Shown one piece after another: positions 13,916 to 28,200 of a DNA stretch of 64,000 bases; position 1 is the stretch's first letter; each line of letters opens with the position of its first letter. The position numbers and the translations under genes are program-made. The stretch covers positions 6,512,001-6,576,000 of the forward strand of contig CM119372.1 in assembly GCA_051294905.1 (NCBI GenBank), given 5' to 3'. Below the pieces are notes generated by a model, which was given only the letters and a program-made list of their open reading frames with translations, did no database searches and was not told the DNA's origin. This DNA is from Botryllus schlosseri. Lineage: Eukaryota.

Positions 13916-14339
13916 TAGGCTTACCATATTTTGGAAATCTAAAAAGAGGACACTTTTTCAGAAATTTGAGACTTGCAAAACCGGAGAGGAATTCTCAAAA
14001 TTCGGTGAAATTTTTCCCACTTTGTGATCGGTTGACTAAAAAAAAAAGGTCAACTTTCCCGCTCAGAGCCCAAAATACCGTTTCTTCCTCCACATTACCG
14101 GGTGGTTGACACTGAAAAAAAAGGTCATCTTTTCGCTCAGAGCTCAAAATACCGTTTGAGCGTCACTGCTGTGCTAAATTACGGCATATCCCTCGTATTT
14201 TGCTCTAAATATGACCTCAATTTTCAAAAAAGAGGACAAAATCTCAAAAAAGAGGACAAAAGGGCGTCCTCCAAGGACACTTTCAAAAAAGTCAAAAAAG
14301 AGGACAAATCCTCTCAAAAGAGGACGTATGGTAACCCTA
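13916..14339. mobile_element. hAT MITE (TAGGGTTACCATA TIR, AAAGAGGAC repeats)
   Basis: TIRs taggcttaccata / tatggtaacccta, perfect TSD attaatac. Confidence 0.85.
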
Positions 14340-14637
14340 ATTAATACGAGCATGATCATTGCATATGACAATAACAATGAGACTATATCTATCGCGAACG
14401 GCGAACTCCGTATCTATCGCCAACCAAACCAGCCAGAGACGCTTATTTCTCTTTCTAATTAACGAAGCCCGCGGGAATATCATTCAATACATTTTATTGA
14501 GCAAAATGAAATGAAATCAGTTATCCCGGTACGTTAAAGCAAATATCAAGCATATATTACGTTAACCGAAGCAACTTTGAAAAACTGTGGAAATACATGT
14601 CCAATTTTCCATGCACTGTGCAATATACACGTCTGCA

Positions 14638-17600
14638 TCATTTTTCGACTCTTTTTCTCCGACATTGCGACAACTTTCTTGCACAAAATTGTATCACCTC
14701 CACCACAGTAATGACGCTCATACCGAGCCACAATCCCAGCTGCCCGCCTACATTATGCAAAGAAAAAAACTTTCATCATATTATCTTGGGATGTAATAGA
14801 TACTACTACTACCATATGTATGTTTTTGACGCCTATATACAAGTTCTAGTTAGCGTCGAAGCATGATTTACTGGACACGTACAACGCACCGAGCTCATGA
14901 AACGTCATGAATGACTTGAGTTCGAATTCTGGTGCATGTCATTTGAATCATTTTTGTTTTGTTATTTCCGATCGGTTCCAATCTATATTTCTTTCGTCAA
15001 ACAATAATAACTATATTGAAATATTCGTTGGTGCAATTCAAATCCATATGCCCGTTTCTTGTACCATTCATTTTAACATTCACAGTTGAAATAGCGTTGA
15101 AATATTGATATATGCTGAGAGTGGATGAAACGCAACTTCCAGTCAGAATTTTCCGTCGGAAAGCGCCCGGCCGCACGTCACTAATGGAAATAAGCGGCTC
15201 GGCCATATCAGTTGAATTCCCCTGTTTTCTGTACAATAAAATTCCGAAAACTTCATGTTGCGTAGCCGAGCAAAGCATGAGCACATACCGATTACAGCCT
15301 ATGAGCATTAATAAGTGCTTACGGTTTCCATGGTCGGCAGATGCGATTGATGGCTGGACATAATGGTAAGATCAAATATTTTAAAGTAATACAACTGCCC
15401 TTCTGTTTGCGAGGGTAAATTGGGACTATTTCGTTCTATTCTTTTTGTTATCTGACAAAGATGAAAGGCAATGACTTTTATTCTGGCGCCTGCAGATAGT
15501 CTTCAACGGTGACCAGGTCTTTATCCGGCAATTTATGACGTAACACTCACTGGGTATGGAAGTCTTGCTAAAGCGGTTTATTATGTGTCGCCTTATGTAT
15601 AAATGCACACATTATTTGTTTTGAATAAATAATTAATAAGGTAATATCAACCGCGATGTACACTAAAGTAACCATCGGATCTAATTGAGTCATATGTGTA
15701 AGGATCAGAGGTCGACCGATATTGATTTTTGCCGGCCGATACCGATACCAATTATCGACACACTAACAAGGCCGATACCGATATCATAGGCCGATATTAA
15801 TACGGAAGGAGCAGAGAACCATTTCGCCAAAAAATATTAGGCAAGGTTTCACTTGAACATGCCACGGAAAGCTGAACAACTGATCAGAAAACTGAAATTG
15901 AAAAAAAGTACTTCCTAATTGTGCACGTTCATTGAAATTTGGGATAACCCAAAAAGCAAAACGTGATACAGCATTGCAGATCAGTCCAGTAGAGGTAATA
16001 CAGGAAACATAGTTTCTCTGCATGATCACACAGTGCAACTCGTCCTACAAGGGTAAATATATCACGTATCGCCCTCTGTGTCGTCGATTTCTTGAATTTC
16101 CAATATTTTAGAATTTTTTTTAGATGCAAAATAGCAGCCGCGATATCGGCCTTCACAAATTTAGATTATGAGCTGGCGCTATAAATGTATTGCGACGTAA
16201 CAAATGACGATTTCCAAAACTTTTTGTCTCTAATCGTATTCATGCATTTCCCATTTACTCAACCGTGTATAGTCGCCATGAATATATCTTGGCATCAAGA
16301 AAGCGATATAAATGCAATGGTGAATAATCATGTTGACTATTCCATATGATCATTATCGATTGTTATTGCTTCATTTTGCTGTAGTCGTATTCGTAATCGC
16401 CTATATACATTAGGGATGTTCAAAAATGACTTTTTGTTTTCAAATTGTACTGGCTACTTGATAAAATTGTTAGGTTAGGGAATTAAAGGCTGCATACCAA
16501 ATTTGGTTCAAATTCCAATTTACGGTGGCTAATTCTCGAACTGGCCACCGTAAATACTATTTTATTCAAATCAAAAATTTTCTATTGCAATAACTCCGCT
16601 TCCACCGTTTGGAATTGAGCCAAATTTGCTGAGCATCGTTTCTATAGGCAACCTAACAATTTCCAAGGGTGAGCATAAAATTTTGTATTTATTTATTTTT
16701 ATTTTTATGTATAATAAATAAAAAACTTTCTTCTCTTGTAACAATGCGGCTGCTGGTTGGAATTGAAACAAATTTGGTGTGAAACCTGTAATTAGGTAAC
16801 GTAACCATTTTATCAAGTCGCCAATACAATTTGAAAACAAAATTCATTTTTGAACGCCCCTAATATGCATTAACGCAGCTCGCAGCATGCCTGGCCAGTG
16901 GTCGGTATGCACTCAGCCAGCCTGAACCTAGTTGGTCAGTTATACAGTGACAGTATACGATTTTGAGTATCCATAAATAGTTTGACCAAAGACTTATATA
17001 AGTGTTTTTAACTATCAAAATCATATTATAAAGTGCCCGAAACACAGAAAACGCTTTCCCACCTATGTCACTGATCAAACTGGAGCCATCAATTTTCTTC
17101 GATTGCGTATACTTAGTGTAGCTCATTCTTGGGAAGTAGACGTCGAAAGCAATGTAGTTCTGCGAAGACTCTTCCGACGACAAGTTGTATGCCACCTATT
17201 AAATTGTCAGGAGGGCATGCTCAAAAGAATGCGATTGGGAAGACACACCTTTATTAAGTATTCTATGCACACATTGCACAGGTCGCACATCACTAGAGCC
17301 GATAGGTCATCACATCATTGAAAGCGATACACCTTGTATGTTGCATATTTCTAAAGACAACGCAGAGAGTCTAATATTAAGGTGTTTTCAATAGAAATAC
17401 ATCTCCGATTGAGATCGAGAAGAAATATAATATTACGTGTTCAATAATTGACGTCAACGGTTCGTCTAATGAATCTCACAATCTTGCATCATGTGCTGGT
17501 GAGTATAATGAGATTGATCCCGCATTCAAACAAAATATGTTCGACAATTTCATGTAACATATAACAACAGAGCTTCGCGTCCACTGTGCAGTGAAAATCC

Positions 17601-20600
17601 ATAATTTTAGTAAGCGTGTACAATAAATTTTCCAAATGGCCAACTCGACATATACTATTAGGGCAAGCCTGGAAACAAATATCCTGAATTCGCATCACAC
17701 CTGTAGATATTTCATGGTGGACGGGTTCGGATATGCAGAGTACGACACTGATGTGTGAAACTCTGCGAATTTGCATGGTACCGGGCATCGGCAAATAAGA
17801 GATGAATGCTAAATGTAATAAATTGAATATGTCATGTAAGCATATGTATAGAATAGAACAATATTTATATAATGCTGACAGTCAAAGTATAGCCGTAGAC
17901 TATATATGTAGAACTTATTTACTTGATTATAAAATACTTTTCGTATACAAACTTTTCGCAATATCAGAGATACAAAGTACGGGTTAGCACAATACTGCAT
18001 TTCGTGCAGGGTGCATTCGCGGCTGAATCCGGCCGCCCATGGCTGTGTGAACAGATAACAGCCACAGCGCTTGATGATGGCGTCAGTGTAACACTCTGAA
18101 AAATGACAATTACAGACACGATGTCGGATTCTATATCTGCTGTGGAAATCAGTGGTTCTTAACATTTTCGATCTTGCGGCACCCTTGGAAAGCGAAAGTT
18201 AGTTCGCCGTACGCATACAATTCCGAGTATACCATCAGTGTAAGATTTGGGAAGTTCGTGACTTCATGACTAATGACATGTCATTAACTTACGTCAATTC
18301 TGATGGTTGCCGAGGTACGAATACCGTGGCTTTCTATCAACTTTAATTTGAGACTACATCATGTTAAGAGCGCTGTGACCGTCTACTTTTTGTCTCATGT
18401 CGACAGCAATCCTTATTGCTTTACCTCATTTTCTCGAGGCACCGCTGATCAGTCTAATCGGCAACTCCAAGGTGACGCGACACTCCGGTGGAGTACGAAC
18501 GAGTTAAATAGTCAGTAGTACACGAGAAAAATTATTCTTATTGATTCGCGAACCTTGTGCGCAATTGTACAGGGTGTAGTTTGAGAAGTACTTGAGTTTT
18601 TCTCGGGAAGGTTCACACTGACCCCATGGCTTATGCATTATGTGAAAATCGCTACGGCGCACTTCGATAGAGGCTTTCCTTCCAACAGGAATGGATATTC
18701 CGAAGCTGTTAACATCAGGAGCTTCTCCTCTATCGTGAATCTGAATATTTCGATTAATTGATTACATAAGTCGAGGTTACATTTATATAGAGTACAGTGA
18801 AGTCGAGGATCAAGAAATTCCTGGGCGCGTCATGCTTTCGCCTGGTTCAACTCCCCTGAACTCTTAGTCCATAGTCAAGAAGGCCGACTAAAGGCTGCTC
18901 CGTAAAGTTTTGCAACGGTGAGTATATTAACACACTCAGTCCGTTTCCCGAACCAGGTACATCCTGGTGAATTTCCGTAATAAATGTGTGGCACAGCCCC
19001 ATGAAGGACATAGACTTTGAAAAATCATCTGCGGTACAGCGTTTGTAGTTGAACCTGGTGACAAAACGAAAAAGATCCATAACCACATTGATATGGTTGG
19101 GTCGTAGATTCTAAACGTGCTACGAATAGAGTTTCGACGAGATGGATCAAAAGACTGTGAAAGTGCTGTAGAGGGTGTACCGGTGTAGCAAGTGATTCCG
19201 CCGAGGACTGGACACGAAATTAAGCGCCCTCTACTTCATTTATACAAAGCAAAGTACCACAGGCCCTGACTGCGAGTGCATTTATAAAAATTGGTATCCA
19301 AAAATCGTAGCGATTTTATGAGCGATTAGATTTTCTAAAAGTGACAATATATATCAGCCCTATTTCAGATGTTTAATTTATACCAAGGATCCGCATTGAA
19401 TCGCGATATATGCTAATTTATCTCATAGTTATACAAGACCGATCAATCCGATCTTAAACCAAGCATGTGTAGCCTAAACTGATCCGGATTCGTAAATAGC
19501 CCACGTTACCCACTGGAACATACCAAGTTACTCTTATTTTGGAGATGACAACCAGGGATGGCGTGAACGTGAGGTTCACGTTCGCGTTCTTTGTGTGAAC
19601 CTCTGAAATTTAGAGGTTCACGTTCGCGTTCTGTGTGTGAACCTCAGAAATTTAGAGGTTCACGTTCACAAACGAAGCTTGGTAGGTTCTGCACTGTGAA
19701 CCTTTTTCATGTGTTACAATTTTTCGCGTCATTATAACATATACTTGGTTTAAATTCTTTGCATATCAACTTCGGAGCACTATATGCAAGGTGCTGGCAG
19801 TATAAAAATAATCAACAATAAACGAGGATGCACCTTGACAATCTCAAAATTTTTACTTGCTTTGTTACACAGGTTTGCTTGAAATATTCAACTTTCCGTT
19901 TGTGAATATTTAGTGACTCTCTGCTGTGAGCTTGACCCGCAATCACACAACATCAGGAACGAAATACACTACATCCTATACATGTAGGTAGTCAGCGAAT
20001 GATGCTTTTTCAACCAATCATTAAAATTGATATATATTCTAAAATATTCAACAGGCGTACGGGATCCATCTTAATTTGATCACAATATTGTATCACAAAA
20101 ACCAAATATGTACGATTGGGGTGTTGGTAACGGGCAATAACGGTAGCAAGTATATAGAAACACGTTTTACACTCTCCTCGATATCAATGTAGTAATAGTC
20201 AGACGCCTAATACATTGTCCGGTCTGGCCTCGACCGTTAAGGCGTGAGCTTATATTTCTTTGCAAGTCCTCGTCGAAATTGTTGGCAGAGCGACAGACGA
20301 TATTGATTTTATGGGATTATTATACCATTTGATTGCTTCAGTTGATACATTTGGTGACGTTTAATAAGTCAGCCTGTACTGAAAGCTCAACATCGTGGCA
20401 TAATGTGGCCTGAGTCGTCGCTATAGGTATCGTTTACTCAATGTACTGTACATTAATACATCATTTCACTGAAATATAGGGTTGGAATTAGTAAAATGAT
20501 GTCACATGACGTCACAAGGTTCACGTTCGCGTTCACACAGAACCTTTCAAAAAGATTCGTGTTCACACAAACCTGAACCTTTCAGGGGTTCGCGCAATCC

Positions 20601-21834
20601 CTAATGACAACCACTGTTATTCAACAACTCACCAACACTTACGCGCAGAAAGCCAAATGTTTTTTGAGGTCAAATCCTCGAGTCTGTAGCAGCCGTGTCA
20701 TGTGCAATTCGGGATCCAAAACAGTCACAGACGACACGTTCAGGGTTATGTTATTTAGCACGTTATGTATGATCATTTTCGGAGATATAAGCTGGTTAAT
20801 GACGTATGTCGCATTAAGGACATCGGGATCTTTGGTATCCATGTAAATTCTGAATACAGTCACAAAATGTGTCGTTAACCAGTTCGTCGCGTACGGTAGC
20901 CCACTGCGTCACCTGTTGAAACTGCATACGGTCACAGCAGGAAACGACATAGGTGTTTGGTAATCCTGAAATATCTCTGTTGTTGTATCGTGTTGCAAAT
21001 AAGCACCGACTCGGGCAGCAATGTGATAGGTCAAAGCAACAATCATTCCTGTGAATGATCAAGACGTTAGTCAGTCAATGTATAGTCACTATATATCAGC
21101 AAGGATACACAACAGGTTATCGACTATATACCTGAACAGCCACCGAAATATCTCACTAGCTGCAATGATGTACGTGGTACATGCACATTGCACAGCGAGT
21201 AATATATTTATGGAAGCGGTTAACAAGACCCTATGAACTACATCTATCTGCATTATACTTCTCCGCCCTTGAAAACGAATAATACTCCACTTAGGTATCG
21301 AAGCTCTCAAGATTACCGGACCACAATCTGAAATATCGACCTTGCCTACTGACACACGCAGCATTCATTTTTGTCGCTTCCTTTCATGTTATCCTTTATT
21401 AAATCCAGTGTTCATGTCCCATATTTACATGCTGAAGGCCAAGGTGAGTATCTGATCAAAAGACTACTCCAAGTCAATTCGGCACCCCTATTTTTCATTA
21501 TATCGTAATCTTCCGGTATATTGATTTGACATATACATTTTAATAAAATGATGAGGAAGAGGCGATTATGATAATGATGGTGAACTTGGATGATTCGCAA
21601 TTTCTTTATGTCGGACTCATAACTGTTGAGTGTACAACTGTACAAGTGTACATGGAGAAACGTACCAATTATAAGACAAATCCAGAACCATCTCGAGTTG
21701 GTAGATCGACTTTTGTGACAATTCAGCACACCATGCATTGTTGTTGAATTCGCGAATTCGTCTACAACTGCGTCAAATTCATTTTCCGTTTCTCCTTCGC
21801 TGCTGCAACGTTCTTTCGTTAGCTCGAAAGTCAT
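14638..21834 (-). CDS. DEG/ENaC/ASIC-superfamily ion channel subunit, paralogue B (9 exons, about 463 aa; intron-4 donor non-canonical)
   Basis: Exons: 21834-21666, 21048-20913, 20849-20643, 19054-18856, 18740-18554, 18095-17953, 17808-17701, 17195-17063, 14747-14638 (1392 nt, in frame). Motifs: FANSTTMHG, SFPAVTVCSFNR, GLCHTF, GSGNGLSV, KPWGQC, SSLISDIGGQLGLWLGMSVITVVE. The start codon is uncertain. The exon-4 donor reads GGGAGT. Confidence 0.88.
15707..16155. mobile_element. Degenerate MITE with CCGATA repeats
   Basis: Starts cagaggtcgaccgata with gccgataccgata repeats. The right end is decayed (gatatcggcc). Confidence 0.45.
16411..16862. mobile_element. Foldback hAT MITE family B (TAGGG..TTCAAAAATGAC TIR)
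   Basis: Long imperfect TIRs, TSD atatacat/atatgcat. Related to 22712-23327 and 46233-46631. Confidence 0.85.
19553..20603 (+). mobile_element. hAT MITE family C (AGGGATGG TIR, GTGAAC/GTTCAC repeats)
   Basis: TIRs cagggatggcgtgaac / gttcgcgcaatcccta, perfect TSD atgacaac. Inverted homologue at 48291-49230. Confidence 0.9.
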
Positions 21835-22711
21835 CTTGTAGGCTACTGTCACCTGCTACGTTTTGAATGCAATATTTGAAACCCTCCCATTTTTGTACGA
21901 GTTATTATCTTTTGTTCGTGACCAAATTTGATTGAGGAGATTTTGAAGATTACGTGTTGACCGCATAGTGCATTTCCTTGCCCTCCGCAGCTGGATGCCA
22001 GGACTATCGACGAAATTCCAAACACCATGATCAGTCATACTTGGTGACAAATTACTTGATTATCTGATTCTTCTGTGGTACACAATATGGATGGAATCGA
22101 TCGAATAAGACAATAGATTGGCTCGTGATAATCTTGACTAATGATATGGTATAGAAATTCCATTTTATGGATTGGAAAATCAATTTCGATTTAATCTGGA
22201 ATCAAAAAGCAGCCAACGAAATATTTTTCACATCGGCAGCTTACTTAATCTAGAAGCCATTATTTTTCACTGTTAAATATATTGTCAGACGACCACGATC
22301 CCTCTCCAAAGCACACGAACCGTTTGTATATCGCCATAATGCCACTATATAAGTTCTACTTGTTGGCCAAACAGAGTTTTACGGTTGTGTGAATTTCGAT
22401 ACTTTGCTAATGCCCTTGTCTGCATGGTTTTGCGCGGAATATGGTAACGTGTTTGTTTTTAATGGGGGCATGAAAAAATTTGAAACCATTTATCATCTCC
22501 AAGTTAACTATAACAAAGGAAATAAATTAAAATTTAATGAAATACTCTGAGTAGAGCAATAGGTCTCTTCTCGGACTTGAGTTTGCCTTGTTCCTTCCAC
22601 CATCACACCAGAAATTAATACATTGTCACAGCAAAAAAATAAGCTCAAACATCACATCAACTGTATATGTAATAACTAAGTAATGTATTATCATGTTTAT
22701 TGAATGTACAT

Positions 22712-23327
22712 TAGGGCTGTTCAAAAATAACTTTTTTTTTCGGATTCCAGCCATTCACTGATTAAATTGTCAGGTTACCCTAAAAAACGCTGCACACCCA
22801 ATTTGGTTCGATTCTAACAAGTATAGGACTCTGCAGATCCAATTAAAAATTTTAATTTATTATGGAAAATTTAAAAAAAAAATTTCCAAATTTTTCTGCC
22901 AACCCCATGAAATTGTTGAGCTGTCTTCAAAGACGTTGCAAAACAAATTTGAGTCAATTCCGACCAGTAGAAGCGGAGTTATGTGAGTTTTTCGTTGATA
23001 AATCGCGGATTATCCACCAATCAAGGATAATCCGAAAAATTTCAACGAAAAACTCCAATTACTCCGCTTCTACTGGTCGGAATTGACTCAAATTTGTTTT
23101 GCAACGTCTATGAAGACAGCTCAACAATTTCATGGGGTTGGCAGAAAAATTTGGAAATTTTTTTTTTTAATTTTCCATAATAAATTAAAAATTTTAATTG
23201 GGTCTGCGGAGGCCTTTACTGGTTGGAATCGAGTGAAATTTGGTGAGCAAGGTTTTCTACTGCAACCTGACGATTTAAGAGGTGACCGGCTTGAATCGGG
23301 AAAAAAAGTTATTTTTGAAAAGCCCTA
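22712..23327. mobile_element. Foldback hAT MITE family B, 616-bp near-perfect palindrome
   Basis: tagggctgttcaaaaataac ... gttatttttgaaaagcccta, perfect TSD atgtacat. The inner arms (about 22835-23000 vs 23035-23205) are almost exact reverse complements. Confidence 0.92.
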
Positions 23328-23348
23328 ATGTACATTGGACGTAAAATG

Positions 23349-24356
23349 CAGTGTTGGGATGACTCGAGTCATGACTTGACTCGAGTCAACTTTTTAGCAT
23401 GACTTGACTTGACTTGACTCGAGTAACTTTGGAAAAATGACTTGACTTGACTTGACTTGACTCGGAGCTTCAAAAATGTGCATTGACTCGTGACTCGGAG
23501 TAAAATTCACGAGTCAATTTCAAGTCATCAAGTAAACGCTGTCGAATAAATCACCGTACCTTGTGTATGTTCAGTATTGTTTGAGATACGCCAGTGTCAC
23601 TTGTGAGAGCAGCCAGTCATTCACTGATTCTCGTTACACTGATCCTCCATTGTTACATCACAAATAAATTGACCGCAAACTAAATGATCACAGCTTATAC
23701 GTTGTCGAAGTAGTAGTAGTAGAAGATTAATCTAAATAGCAATGTATCTCTGTTTGTTAGACGACTCAATGCTTACGTTGCGCAGTGCTCACATTTACCA
23801 ACCCTCCTGTATGATTTAAAGGGAACTATTATAGTTTATGCGTTTATATTCTCAAGGATATGTAGACGGGTAGTGTAGGGCCAGGCTATTGTACCTTATC
23901 AATTTGTTTCAACTTCTCGAAGCTTCGCATTAGGTTCTATATTTTGGCTGATGATAACTGACTGTATCATGTTGCTCTACAGTTACTCCCGTACTTTATT
24001 AGCAGTTCTACGTGTGCGTGAGGTATACAAGGTCTTTTTGCATGTATATTTAACTAGATATTCGTTATTTCAATCAAGATGAATGATCAATTAATCTGTC
24101 TTTCACACAGCTAGCAAAATGTATTGACTTTGAATCATCACTTGTCCTTCAAAAATTCAATTTGACTTGAATTGTGACTTGACTCGTGACTTGACTTGAC
24201 TTGACTCGACTTGACTCGAGTCACCTCCTAAAAACGAGTGACTTGACTGACTCGAGTCACATTTGAAAATCGATTGACTTGACTTGACTCGAGTCAAGCT
24301 CTGCAATGACTCGAGATGACTCGTGACTCGAAAGTAGTAACTTGATCTCAACACTG
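23349..24356 (+). mobile_element. hAT MITE family A
   Basis: TIRs cagtgttgggat / atctcaacactg, perfect TSD gtaaaatg. Confidence 0.92.
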
Positions 24357-25274
24357 GTAAAATGCAAGATTTTTATAAAGGAAAGCTGTCTGGACCGAAA
24401 AGGTGTCCATAGTTTATTTGCCTCTCTCGTGGATTGGCACAGTTTGTAACAAGTCTGAAAAACAAATTAAGTCCTCTGTGAGTCATTGTTTGTCACAGCA
24501 AGCCCCGTGTCATATAATCATATTAACTTATACGATATCTTTACTACCCGCAACGCTAAATGATGTGCTACCTACGATGATTAGAGTAACATATTTATTG
24601 TGTGTAGTAATTATATCATTTTTGTTCATTCCAACTACAGATCACTGTATAAATCAGTTTTTCAATTGAAATAATGTTTCTTACTTTTTCAAAACGGCTT
24701 AAAGATTGTGTATTTGCATTGACTTTTCAAAAAGAGTCTCCGTGTAAAAAAGGTTGAGAATCCCTGTACTATAAATAGATAAAAGACAGAATATCAAACA
24801 ACAGTGGCGTCCGCTTAATCCGCCCGCTGCCTAATTGTACAACAGCATCTTTAAATTATACTGTAAGCTGATGGTGCTGGGCTCTGCGAACAGCGGGTCC
24901 ATAGTTTAAACATTGGCTGCTGTGTCAAGTAAATACATTTTATTCAACTTTTTTCATTTACTGTACGCATTTCTACATAACTCCACAGTGTACGATTCTC
25001 TAGCCACTTTGCGCTTGCGGTTCTGTTATACAGTCTGTTACATCCGTATCTAGAATCTACTAGCGCGCTTTTGATACTGATTATATGCCGTAACAATCTT
25101 GAATCAAGAATTTTTATTCATTATTCAACGCCCATATTCATTATTCATTCGTTGCATGACATGACAGATCAGCTCTGAATTTGACGGCGAACGTCAGCAA
25201 CATTACACAGATAATAATCCATAACTGTGTGTATATATTTGATAACTGACAACGAACAAAGTTGGGACATTGAA

Positions 25275-28200
25275 TTAACCGCTGACACTGTTCCTTCTTG
25301 TCTCTCTACGCCTTTTCCGTCCACACTCCGTCAATTTTCGAGCACAGAAACGTATCAATTCTACAGCTGTGATGGCGCTCATGCCGAGCCATAGTCCGAG
25401 CTGTCCGCCTGCAACATAGTTGAAAGGAAGTGGAAATTGTCACATGATGACTGAGAATATAGTTTTGCGATTACGATTATAGGCAAACTTCACATAAGAC
25501 ATAAGACCCTACGTGCGTGTTGCATAGCTTACTTCCTTAGAGGATGATCGCCATATGTTCACTTGTAGTCTACTGGATATTTCGCCAACTAGCCCATAGA
25601 AGAATGATGGATTCAGTACATTTTTCCACGGGTGCAGCCAAAGTAAAACGAACGATGGAGATTTTGATAAAACGTCAAATTCCTAACAATTTTAGCCACT
25701 CTCGTAAATCTGCCCCAGTAAATCGTTATATTCCACATTTACTTGGAGTAGTCAGGATCAGAATAGGGATTTCCGTCTATTATCTAAAATCGAGTGCAGC
25801 AGTTATTAACATTAAATGTCAATTGGAACTTGAAGGGTCCGTTCACCTCTTCAACATCCATATAACAGCTGCACCAATAAATTATGCGTTGGTAATTCAC
25901 AGCAGTATAAAGCTTGTGTATTGTGTACGCATCATGCACTGGTTCGCTTTGATTGGTTCACATTTAAGAAACGGTAGTTTGACAAAGCGATCGCTCCTAA
26001 CGTGGTGCTTTACCTATGTCACTGATTAAACTTGACTCATCAATTTTCTTCGATTCCTTATATTTCGTGTAGCTCATGGTTTTGAAGTATACATTGAAAC
26101 GCATGAAGTTTTCGATTGACTCTCTCTCGCTGTAGTTATATCGTTCCTGTGTGAATAAATTGAATCACAGATTACACTGTGTTATTCTACACATATTTTT
26201 CCACCATCACCGCACTATAAAGAATTGTTACGATATAAGCTACTGAAACGCAGCACCCCGAAAGAAATAACCAGGGTTGCAAAGAATCGCAATTTACCGT
26301 TGACTCGACCTGTCTCGACTAGTTGTATTCAAAATGGAAAATGAATCGACTCGACTTGAGAACTTTGTGCATTGACTAGACTTGTACTCAGGATTAAAGA
26401 CATTATATATGACTTGATTCAGGACTGATACTTGACAAATAGGCCAAGAAACTGAATAACCACATTTAGGGCGCAGATAATAAAGTTGGATTAGCAATAA
26501 AGTTGATTATCGCGTTCATCAGGATTTATCAACCCAGGATTAAGGAGACCGGTCCATCGCAGCGCATAAAGTTGTTGTTAATCTCATGATTTAACAAACC
26601 GGAGAAAAATTATAGATAACTAGTTAAAGTTATCTATAAGAGCTGCGTACACTGCGTACCATTCCTACGCTCAAATATTCCCGATAACGACCGTGCCGAT
26701 TGTCTCCAGGTATTACCTTCACTAAACAATCAACGAATTATGTACCCGCCATTGCAGATCGATATCAATATTCTATAATCCGTTTCTTTGCTGTACCGTA
26801 CGAATTGGACACGACTTTCATTTCGCAATGATGATAATTCGACCTATCACAGTGGCAGTATCGCTGTCAGCAGGCTGCTGTTTCATTCAACTAATTGATA
26901 AATGATGCCTCTAACGCGTTTTCGTATTATGACGCAACAGATAACGTCACTTGATTGAAAACTCGGGACACCTCGACTCAGCCTCGACTAACCATCGCGC
27001 GTAACCTTTTCCAACTATATGCGTCGCGATTAGTAGTATTTAATCACACGATTACCATTCTTCCGGATCAGCAGACTTTATTATCTCCGCCCTGAGAGTA
27101 AGACAATACAGTAAAAATATTAATCCGAGGCCTTCGATACAGGGTTGTAATGACTCGAGTCATGACTCGACTCGAGTCCGACTCGAGTCACGATTATCTG
27201 ATGACTCGACTTGACTCGAGTCATTTTTTCAAAATACGGAAATGACTCGACTCGACTTGTACTCGAGTCATTGCCCATGGCTCGATCCAAGTCATTGACT
27301 CGAGAGACAGACGGCCAAGACCGACATTTCATTGTAATTCCGAAGCCAACACACTATTGGGATTTCGTCTGTGGGTACTGGTACTTGAATATGCGACCAG
27401 AAACTGCTAAAAGTGAGGAAAATTGGTATATTATAAACGTGAAACATTCGATATCACCAAACAGAGTTATAAAAAGTGGGTGTACCAATACTTTAACTGG
27501 CGACTGAGCAGTCTATACAGTGACTTGGACTCGGACTCGAGTCATAATTCCATGACTCGGACTCGACCCTCTGCTCGCTGACTTGGACTCGGACTTGACT
27601 CGGTGGTGAATTAAAATGACTCGACTTGACTCGAGTCAAAACTATAAAAGTGAGATTGACTTGTGACTCGGAGCCTTGTGACTTGGTTACAACCCTGCTT
27701 CGATATCACCCAAGTGTTTTCAAAAAAGTGAGACGAACGCGACTCGATAATGTACACCACGACTCGGTCTCGAATCCCAACAATATGACTAGGACCCGAC
27801 CCTTTGCTCCCTGCCTTGGACTCGGACTAGTCTCGGTGGTGGGTAGCAAATGACTCGACTTGACTTGAGTCAAAACTATAAAAGTGCGATTGACTTGTGA
27901 CTTGGACCTTGTTACAACCATCAAAATTACCGCTGTCAGTTCCTGTGAAAAATTCATTGTCTGTTATAAATCGACGTAGCGAAACGATTTCACTATAATT
28001 TAGATTCCCTCCAAACATTTCGATATTTACTCCTCTGGTGATTGACGAATACATACAACATATACACCTTGACGTAATCAGCGGTCGGTGGGCTTGGAAA
28101 ACCAGCATACGACAGTGATGTCTTGTATTGGGTGTGTTTGCACGGTACAGAACATCCACAAGTCCTAGCAGACGACTAGAAAATAAAATAAAAAATATAT

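Larger units (their letters stand above)
26272..27922. mobile_element. Older CAGGGTTG-TIR MITE hosting two nested insertions
   Basis: cagggttgcaaag at 26272 and gttacaaccatc near 27920, with gactcgac repeats. The TSD is degenerate. Confidence 0.5.

Noticed and set aside
25544..26029. 161-aa plus-strand ORF
   Set aside because: Antisense to the last intron of channel C, with no recognisable motif; probably a chance ORF.
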